The translations under genes were made by a program, and so were the position numbers. A stretch of DNA of 64,000 bases from Eledone cirrhosa (Eukaryota), in contig OZ024742.1 in NCBI GenBank assembly GCA_964016885.1, positions 207,080,001-207,144,000 of the forward strand, written 5' to 3'. Below the pieces are notes generated by a model. It was not told where the DNA came from, searched no databases, and saw nothing but the letters and a program-made list of their open reading frames with translations. Below, in pieces: positions 54,507-64,000 of the stretch (position 1 is the stretch's first letter; every line of letters begins with the position of its first letter).

Positions 54507-55435
54507 AAGATAAAAAGATAGATAGATAAAGAAACATGTATTTCTTTATTTGCCACCAAGGCGCACAGGAAAAGGGGACAAAACAATGACACCTGCCGGG
54601 GATTTTACATACAGTCGTGTAAAAATATTGAAACAAGCAAGATAGACAGAAAGTAAGACAGATAATTAGATAGGTCCAGATTGATAAACAGATAGATATT
54701 TCATATAGGAAGAATGAGAGACAGGTAGATATATATAAACAGATAAGGATAGATATAAATAGATGGCATACATAGAATAAAAAGAGACACTTCAATTTAA
54801 AGGGACATGTACACACACTTAGATAGGGAGACCACTATATTATTGAATTCATAAGTGTGTAGTTGGCAAATCCAGTGCATATGTGTGTGTGTGTGGAAAC
54901 GAATGTGTCTGAGTGGGACGTAAGAGTGCACATGATAGTGAATGCAACAGAGCCAACTCTGGTGAGTGGTAAGGCTGCTAAAGGATGTGAAAATAGGTGA
55001 GAGGTGGACAGACAGAGATGGTGGCAGAAGGGGAGGAGGATTTCGAGCAATTAGGTTTTAAGGTACACAATTTTAATATAGCTGAAGAACTTGTGGTTAG
55101 TGGGTACTGGTGAAAGTAGTGGGGAATGACAAGAATTGGTGTTGCATGCAGGTGGGTGAGAGGGAACAGAGTAACACACACACACACACATATATATATG
55201 TATATTCTATATATATTGTCTCTCTCTCCCCCTCTCACTCACTCACTCTCTCTCTCTATATATATATATATATGTATGTTATGTTGCTATTCATAGCTGT
55301 GTTTACATCAGTAGGCAGACTTTTGTTACCATGAATTTTAAGTTAGCAAAAACATGTCTTAATTATTCTAATACCCATTCTGAGGTACAGTATTTATAGT
55401 GAACTGCAGGTAAATACATATCAACGTAGCTTCTA

Positions 55436-55622
55436 TAATTGTTTCTACTTTAGGCACAAGGCCAGCAATTACCTAGTGCATTACTGGTAATTTATTTTAT
55501 CGACCCAGTAAGGATGAAAGGCAAAGTCAACCTCGGCGAGATTTGAACTCAGATCGTAAAGGGACGTAACTATGCTGGAAAGCATGGCGTCCGACCCTCT
55601 ACCGATACTGCCAATCCACCAA
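55436..55622 (-). mobile_element. SINE family A
   Basis: full reverse-complement copy. Confidence 0.9.
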
Positions 55623-56336
55623 TGCCACGATATACTGACTGAGTAATAACATAATCATATTGAATGTAGGCCTAATTGTGTTGTTACCCATAAGTAATAA
55701 CATCTATTTCGCTCACACACGGCTGATTTTGGCTAGCTGTAGAAACCAAGCCCAAATCAGCCCCGTGTGAGAAAAACACAGTCCTCGACCTGACATCTCT
55801 CAAAGGGAGAGTAGTGAATACAGATCAATATCTTCATCATAACATTTGTGTTTAGAAAAATATCTTGATACAGAAATGTTAAGCTGTTGTTCTGTAAAGA
55901 ATTAAGATCGACTTTTACATTCACTTTTTGGCAAAAAATTGGGTGGGTGGGGTGCAACTCTTTTTAATATATATATGTGTGGTTAGCATGTCTCAGGAAA
56001 GAATCGCTGGACAGATTTTATGGGCAAAACCAATTGGCAAGAGACCCAGGGGTAGACACAAAGCAAGATGGTTGGATAGCATCCTTGAGCTTGGCTGGTC
56101 AACTTGGGGATCCAGCCAGATAAATTGGAGATGGTTGCTTCTGACAGTCCCCGCTGGAAGGAGTGTCTGAGGACTCTTCCCCCTCAACCCTCTCAAGAAT
56201 AAGTGGGCGAGAAGAAGATATACATATATTTATATATATGTGTGTGTCTATGTGTGCGTGTGAGTGTGTGCATTTGCATTCTTTTATTACTTCCAGTATT
56301 TTAAAATAAATTTCCCATTCTTTTTAATACTATAAC

Positions 56337-56377
<41 letters not shown>

Positions 56378-56380
56378 AAA

Positions 56381-56450
<70 letters not shown>

Positions 56451-56553
56451 AGACATTTCGTATTTCTAAAGAAACACGGTTTTAGGAAGCCGTAGATATG
56501 GAAACACCGGGGCTAACACCCTCTGGTGGTGTCCAACAGAAGCATGGGGGACA

Positions 56554-56597
56554 ACCGTCTATGCATTTCAGGCTTGACTGGCCTTCTTCAGGATGGT
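56554..56597 (-). ncRNA. minimal type I hammerhead ribozyme, canonical core
   Basis: ACCATC-CTGAAGA-AGGC-CAGTCAA-GCCT-GAAA-TGCA-TA-GACGGT; palindromic ATGCAT; long interrupted stem I. Confidence 0.85.
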
Positions 56598-56795
56598 CCC
56601 TGCCACCGCTTGCGACTGCTGGACTTGAAAACAGTCGAGAATATATAGTTTTCTCGTCTGTGTAAATGAGGTGAATATTCTCATTTGCATATGAAGCTGC
56701 ATAAGTTGGCTCTACTTATAATAGAAAAGAAATAGACGAGAAAACTATATATTCTCGACTGTTTTCAAGTCCAGCAGTCGCAAGCGTTGGGAGGG

Positions 56796-56839
56796 ACCAT
56801 CCTGAAGGAGGCCAGTCAAGCCTGAAATACATAGATTGT
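56796..56839 (+). ncRNA. mutated twin hammerhead (A9G)
   Basis: ACCATC-CTGAAGG-AGGC-CAGTCAA-GCCT-GAAA-TACA-TA-GATTGT. Confidence 0.7.
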
Positions 56840-57001
56840 TGTCCCCCTTGCTTCTGCTGGACACCACCAGAGGGCATCAGCCCCGGTGTTTGCATAGATA
56901 CGGCCTCCTAAAACCGTGTTTCTTTAGAAATACGAAATTTCTATACATATTTGTATATAGCTATGCTTGAAGCGAAATCTTATTTCTTTTCTATATATAT
57001 A

Positions 57002-57120
57002 TATTGTTATACTTGGGGAAGGTCATGTTGCCAGAAATAATAACGGAACACACTCATAGTGTGTTCCGTTATTTCTGGCAATATTATTACATCAATATGA
57101 CCCTCCCCAATATAACAATA
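57002..57120. repeat. fold-back of a recurrent terminal motif (also 4819-4858, 6121-6156)
   Basis: TTGTTATACTTGGGGAAGGTCAT..AACGGAACACAC-TCATA-GTGTGTTCCGTT..ATGACCCTCCCCAATATAACAA. Confidence 0.7.
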
Positions 57121-57157
57121 TTTGTTTCGACACACGATTTCATATCAAAAACATTGC

Positions 57158-57205
<48 letters not shown>

Positions 57206-57294
57206 GAGGTTATATTTAATTTGTTGGGATTCAACACGCTTAAACATTTTTATAACTGATATAAAGCACTCAACAAGTTAGTGGAGTAAATACG

Positions 57295-57633
57295 CAATAT
57301 ATTAATAAATGGAAACTATATTTATAAAACCATATTTATTTTATTATATATATTTCAAGGGCAACCAAAGCAAATTATGGTGCGCTTTCATTAGATAAAA
57401 TACAGATTTGTTTTATAAATAAATATTGACATACCCGGAAAAAAGAAAACCTTAACTATCCATGAAGCTCCAACCGTTAAGGTTGTCTTTTTTCCGGGTA
57501 TGTCAATATTTATTTATAAAACAAATCTGTATTTTATTTGATGAAAGCGCACCATAATTTGCTTTGGTTGCCCTTGAAATATATATAATAAAATAAATAT
57601 GGTTTTATAAATATAGTTTCCATTTATTAATAT

Positions 57634-57637
<4 letters not shown>
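57295..57637. repeat. inverted repeat (162-bp arms, 19-bp spacer) with twin HHRs at 57337-57402(-) and 57530-57595(+)
   Basis: TATTTTAT-[CTAATGA or TTGATGA]-AAG-C-GCACCA..TGGTTGC-C-CTT-GAAA-TATATA-TA-ATAAAATA; homologous to pLTR 60361-60610. Confidence 0.9.
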
Positions 57638-57715
<78 letters not shown>

Positions 57716-58066
57716 GTATTTCCGTCGGAATAGTGCAGGAAAAAAGAGTGCTCTATCTAGGCTACATAGCTTATTAGTTATGTAATAAACAACATAAGCT
57801 AATTATTTCATTTACCAGTTGTTTCTTGAAGGCAGATGTTATGTCTGTCTTCAGTCGTCAGAATGAATAAATAACATGGTGTTTCTATTAAATATGGATT
57901 TTAAAACAAAATTTAGGAAATATGAAAGTGAGGTTGAAAAAACGGGCAAAAACGGAATTAGGGGAAAAAATATATAAATAAATATCCAGAACATAAACAT
58001 ACACACACTCAACCAGGCTCATATACGTAATAGTGCGTAGACGTATACTTTCTCAGATGAGCGTAT

Positions 58067-58606
58067 TTGCGTCTACATAGATATAGTAAGATATTCAATA
58101 GAAATGTCGTTAAAATCAGCTACTCTTGCTCCCCATCAATGAAAACTAAAATTACCGACACTAATGGTACTAGAGTAAATCCAGGATGCAGGAAGCCGGA
58201 AGAATGCCCATTACAGGGTAAATGTAATACCAAATCTATTGTGTATGAGGCCAAATCGACACCGATAATTAATAACCAGCCAGCCAGGAGTGAACGATAT
58301 GTTGGCATAACTCAGGACAGATTTAAAACCAGGTACTATGCACATGTCGCTTCTTTCAAACACCCTGAAAAAAGAACAGCAACGGCGCTGGCAAATAAAG
58401 TGTGGGAGTTTAAAGACAAAAACATTCCGTACACTATTGATTGGTCTATTTTAGACCAAAGGGGCACAAAGAAATGTTCTTTGTGTACTACGGAAAAATT
58501 CAGAATTCTCCAAAACTTGACCCCCCCCCCCCCCAGTTGTCTCAACTCTAAGACAGAGATCTTTAGATGTTGTCCGCAACTGAAATCGCATCTACTTTTT
58601 AACTGA
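58067..58606 (+). mobile_element. Naiad-type PLE GIY-YIG fragment
   Basis: KIFNRNVVKISYSC, CRKPEECPLQGKC, IVY..YVGIT..FKTRY..H..SF, CSLCTTEK, LNSKTE. Confidence 0.88.
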
Positions 58607-59144
58607 ATTAACACACCAACGGTTACTCAACCACCCTGAGCTTCTTTACTTATCACGCCTTCCACTCACTACTAATATCTTCACCTTATGAACACATACT
58701 TTCTACCAATATATACTTCTTATCTCCCTCATCATTTTCTATATATATAGATTTTTTTCCTTTGACTTATAATGCCACCTCCCCCTATTTTCTACCATAC
58801 CATTAACACATACACACGCACCACCTTCATCCTTTACCCAGATCACTTTTTAACTATATACCATTATCCAGCTCTCATCACAAATACTCACTCTCTACTA
58901 CAACTTATACACCCCTTTTCTCCCTTACCTGTTCATAACAAAAATGTTTATAATATTTGATCTGTTATACTCCCCCTTGTCCTTACTTACCCAGTCGGTT
59001 TTTTAAGTGTACGCACATAAGGTTGTATGTGGGCGCATATGCAGAACGGCTTATGTGTACATACACATTAACGTGTATTTATTATATTATATATGTGTGT
59101 GTGTGTGTGTGTGTATGTATGTTCTTATGCCTGTATATCTTTTG

Positions 59145-59194
<50 letters not shown>

Positions 59195-59518
59195 TATATA
59201 TATATGTGTGTGTGTGTGTTTGTGTGTGCGCGTGTGTGTGTGTATGTGTGTATATATATAAACAAAGGGATATTTAATTTGTTGGTTATTCAACAAAAAA
59301 TATATATATTTATAACTGATTCAAAGCACTCGACAGTCTTCTGGAGTATAATATCATTTTTTTCATTTTTTGGTACCCCCCTTTTTATACCCCCACCTGC
59401 GAGCGCGTGTGTATTTATAGTTTGTTTGCCTATATGTTTATGCACACACACACGCACTTGTATGTATGCATGTGCGTATGTATAGGTGTGTGTGTATATT
59501 TATATATATATACATGTA

Positions 59519-59593
<75 letters not shown>

Positions 59594-59638
59594 GTGTATA
59601 TAATTGTATATGTGTCTTTGTATATATGTGTATGTGAG

Positions 59639-59691
<53 letters not shown>

Positions 59692-59994
59692 ATATGTATT
59701 TATTTTTATATATATACATATGTGTGTTTGTATGTGTGAATAGGTATATATACATACTGAGAAAATTTGATCCGGAATTATTGCCAGTGTCCAACGAACC
59801 TGCAGTTCCAGAATCAGGCAGATCAATACAATCATCGTGACTCGAGCTGTCTGCCGGCGGAACAATTGTAACACAAAATAAATTGAGTCCAGATGCATCA
59901 CGGATTTTTCGTTTTATATTATATCACACTCTGCTCTGTAAGAACCTTTAGTGCTCAACCGGCATACCGCCTATGGAAGCATCATAGCTACCAT

Positions 59995-60032
<38 letters not shown>

Positions 60033-60119
60033 GACACACACACACAGACAGACAGACACACACACACAGACAGACAGACACACACACACACACACACATA
60101 TATATGTAATATATATAAA

Positions 60120-60186
<67 letters not shown>

Positions 60187-60360
60187 TTCGATTCCTGGAC
60201 CAGGCGATGCGTTATGTCCTTGAGCAAGACACTTTATTTCACGTTGCTCCTTCTACCTGGAGTTGCGACCGATAGATAGTATTAGCAATTGGAAAGACCA
60301 ACGGAAACACTGTTCCCTCGGTCCGATTTGACGAAAGTCGATCGTTCCTCATATATATAT

Positions 60361-61490
60361 AAGCAAAAGGGATATTCAATTTGTTGGTAATTCAACAAAT
60401 ATAAATGTTTATAACTGATACAGAGCACTCGACAGTTTTCTGGAGTATAATATTCAATGATATTAAATAAATGGAAACTATATTTATAAAACCATATTTA
60501 TTCTTTTATATATATTTCAAGGGTACCAACATTTTGGTACGCTTTCATCAGATAAAATACGAAGTGTGTTTTATAAATTTTGACATAACCAAGAAAATAC
60601 CTTAACTCTTCAAGCTTTCCTTGGATAGTGAACGGATAAGAGAAGAAAAGTCAGATATTTCAAATTATTAAGATGAGTATGCAAATGAGGTTGAGGTAAA
60701 GGGCTGAAAAAAAACGTTCTTTTAGACGCTATGGAGACTTTAATTAATTATGATATGTGTAGGAAAGAAGAAAAAAGAAAGAAGAGCTTGCATTTACGTT
60801 AATTTGGGGAAAAAGTGGAATATGATTCCAGAGTTTAAATTTAAATTTATTTACCTATATTATGAGTTATAATATTGTATATACAATCAATTAGATTATA
60901 TGAAGAATTATGGTTGTAAGTATTTTTATCTTATTACATTACAATAGGTTATATATATATATCCATATAGATTAATAATTGTGCATGTATTAGTATTATA
61001 GAAATAGAAATAATTTACAATTATTAGTTGTTTATATTTCTAATATGAGTTACGAGGAATATTGATTTGGTATTTTACATAAAAAAATAGGTGGTTCAAG
61101 TTGTGAGAGGAGAACAATTTGTAGATTAGAATATTTTGTTCAACATTGAAAATGTTTTGAGAATATTGTTAATTTAGCAAAGTTATATAGATTATCGTAC
61201 ATAATATGTTTATGTTTGCACGATTGAGAAAGGAACGATAACTCCAATTTTGTTTGTTAACCGTTAAATTTGATGAGTGATTAACTCAGAAAATATATAG
61301 AGAAAATTATATATTATTTAGTGTGAGATTAATTATTTTAGTCGAAAGATGTATGAAAGTTTATTTCAAAGAACTATCGTAAAGAGGATAAATTTTCAGA
61401 ATGTCAATTAAAGATTATCAATCTACATCTAAAATAATATGTTTAGATGGATGTCATTAGGAAAATAATGTCAGAATTAAAAATATTAAA

Positions 61491-61521
<31 letters not shown>

Positions 61522-63060
61522 AAAAAAAATTAATGTCAAAAGGTAAAAATATTAGAAATATTAAAAAAATTAGAAATATTAAAAATAGCTCTGAACGTAG
61601 AATTTTGGCGATGTCTGCAAGAAGAAAATAATTCTGTTCTAAGATTAATAGAGTTTTGACAGATAATTATATAAAAAATTTCTTCGATACACAAGTTACA
61701 GAATCTTGAGAAAGCCATATTTCAGTATGCAGGTGCTTTCGAAATTGTTCTCCAAGATATTGAATAGTCTATGTTGTTGTCTTTTAAGTTCCAAATTAGA
61801 TGTGAAAATGAAGTAGAAGATTTTTTTTATTGGATCTCTTAAATGTGTGTTTATGATTATTCCAGCGTTCTTTGAATTTTGTTGAAGTGGCACCAATATA
61901 GTTAAATATTTTGTCTCTAGTTTTAACTGTGCATTTATAAACTACGTTTTTGTCTAAACAATTATTTTATAAAGGGCAGTTTGATTTGATTCTACAGTTA
62001 CATTTTCTGGAGTCGTTGTTGTTCGGAACGGTATTATTATTCTGAATATTGTTGTTAGACATATTATTATTGCTATTTTGGTTAGTTTCGTTAGGGTTTA
62101 AATTGAGGTTTCTATTATTAATTCTATTTATATTTTGTGCTATGTTCATAGTAGTAGACTAGGATAGTTTTATAGTGTGTCTGTTAAAAATAGAGTGGTA
62201 TCTGTGGAAAACATTTAGGAAAACATTTATCTAGTGCTTTAAAAAATAACTTTGCTAAAGGTGTTTTAACGCTTAATGAGAATGGAGGAGAGTACCAAAC
62301 AATATTTCTAGTTCTAGTTTTTTTGTTTGGTTTAGTGTTTAAGTTAAATTGTTTATTATTATTATAATTAATTCTAGGATGATTTGTCATGTTATTGTTA
62401 TGTATGTATTTAATTTTATTCGAGTATCCTGCTCTATGTAAAGCTTCATTATAATATTCAGATTTATCATCAAAAATATTTTTATTAGCAGAGATGCGTG
62501 AAATCCGTTGTTGGACGTTATTGACAATAGTGTTTTTAATACTTCTAGGATGATTAGAATTGAAACTTACATAATTTAGATGTTCGTTAATTTTATCGAA
62601 AGGATAGTAAAGACCCGTGCTAAGGTTTAAGGTTACATCTAAGAAGTTAACGATTTTGTAGTTATTCTCTATTTCTAACTTATGGTTGTAGTTGTTGAAA
62701 AATTGTATTATGGATTTCCTTTTCCTATTAATTTCACTATTGCTATGGTTTTCAATTAAAAGTAATATATCATCACGATATAAAACACTGGTAATCTCTG
62801 GCATTTTCCTATGAAGTACATTATTAATAAATAAGCCAACGAGGTCCGTTGCTTGCGCCGAGTCAGATGATCCCATAGTGATATCAAAATTGTTTTTTTT
62901 CGGTCGGCTCTTGTCCAGAGATAATTATTAAATTCTATTAGTGTTTTACGTGCTGTTAGAATTATATTCATTTCATCACTAGATAGGTCTGTATGTTTAG
63001 ACGCGTAAGTAAACTAGGGGTAATAGAGGAGTAGTAATTTACAATATCCATTTATTAAAT
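60361..63060 (-). mobile_element. Naiad-type PLE (RT, GIY-YIG, long AT-rich 3' UTR, pLTR with HHR), decayed
   Basis: MGSSDSAQATDLVG, LYRDD, VNFLDVTLNL, SNHP, VWYSPPF, CNCRIKSNCPL, VVY..YIG, CNLC..E, CRH. Confidence 0.9.
60499..60559 (-). ncRNA. type I hammerhead ribozyme, canonical core
   Basis: TATTTTAT-CTGATGA-AAG-C-GTACCAA-AATG-TTGGTAC-C-CTT-GAAA-TATATA-TA-AAAGAATA. Confidence 0.82.
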
Positions 63061-63079
63061 AATAAATCATATTCATCCA

Positions 63080-63725
63080 ACCCTGAGCGTCATAATAATA
63101 ACAACATTAGGCCCGACGTCAATGTAAACTCTAGACAAGACTCCTTAAATATAAATAAGACGTCAAACGTAATTTTGTTGAATGCTCATAATACTAATCT
63201 AAGTCAGGAAACATTAGCGCCTCTTGTAGGTAATTTCTCCAATACAATTCCTTCTATAAAAAACTCAGGGCCACTTGCAAATAACTCTGTTAATAACATT
63301 AATCGTAAATGCAATTGCCTTAATAGAACTAAATGTCCTCTTAATAATCACTGTCTCGGTAAGAATTTAGTATACGAATGTAAGGTGATAACTAGTACCA
63401 ATTCTTACACCTACTTCGGCTCTACTTCTACTTTAGGTGAGATTATATAACCATTCTTCATCTTTTAAATACCCACTTAAAAGAACAAACACTGCTCTCT
63501 CAGAACTCATCTGGTCAGAACTCATCTGGTCCTTAAAATTTCTTGGAGAAAAATTTGCAACGCTTCTCCTTATTTTAATGCTTCCCTATCCAGAACTTGT
63601 AATTTATGCCTAGCGGAAAAAATTTACCATTATCTCTAATTTTAATTCTATAATAAATAGACGCACAGATTTATTTTCGCTTTGCATCCATAAATCGCTT
63701 AGGTCATTTCACAAATTATACAGCT
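63080..63725 (+). mobile_element. Naiad-type PLE GIY-YIG fragment, head-to-head with the previous element
   Basis: CNCLNRTKCPLNNHC, LVY..YFG, TALSELIW, CNLCLAEK, INRRTD..CIH. Confidence 0.85.
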
Positions 63726-63766
63726 AATATCTTACTCCATAATTAGGATTAAAATCTTTTTCTCAC

Positions 63767-63819
<53 letters not shown>

Positions 63820-64000
63820 TACACTTATACCCCCTTTTCTACCATATTTCAGTGCATTCTACAAAAGTTCATTCATACTATAACATTTTTGGTCCCCTAA
63901 TTGTTTAATTTTTAAATTTCTTTTAATAATTTTTTGTAATTTTTTAACCTTTTAATTCAATATAGCAAATTTCTTCTTGGCGTTATAACATTTTTCTTTT

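Larger units (their letters stand above)
56444..56949. repeat. inverted repeat (216-bp arms, 74-bp spacer) with one HHR per arm
   Basis: arms 56444-56659 / 56734-56949; octamer in spacer; (TA)n flank. Confidence 0.92.

Noticed and set aside
60679-60686. Octamer near the 60499 HHR as a fourth promoter cassette
   Set aside because: Opposite orientation and no TATATA at 34-35 nt

Overview
Eukaryotic, AT-rich, repeat-saturated DNA with no recognisable host protein-coding exon. The repeat families (tRNA-derived SINEs, RTE and Tx1 LINEs, dense (TA)n/(CA)n/(GA)n microsatellites) suggest an octopus-like cephalopod, which is an inference. Every credible ORF is a decayed transposon fragment: RTE-clade RT, two Tx1/L1-clade copies, about eight Penelope-like element (PLE) remnants (Naiad-type and Neptune-type GIY-YIG), and a 5.7-kb Buster/Charlie hAT with TIRs and an 8-bp TSD nested in a fold-back PLE. 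The main signal that the ORF track does not show is a high density of type I hammerhead ribozyme (HHR) motifs read by eye: about 15 complete or near-complete, plus halves. These include three unrelated HHRs with a compensatory U3-A8 core (UUGAnAA), a recurrent U4A core (CAGAAGA), twin HHRs in long palindromes, and a non-coding unit with a conserved octamer-34/35 nt-TATATA-HHR layout in three divergent copies. All structures were folded manually and none has been tested for activity.
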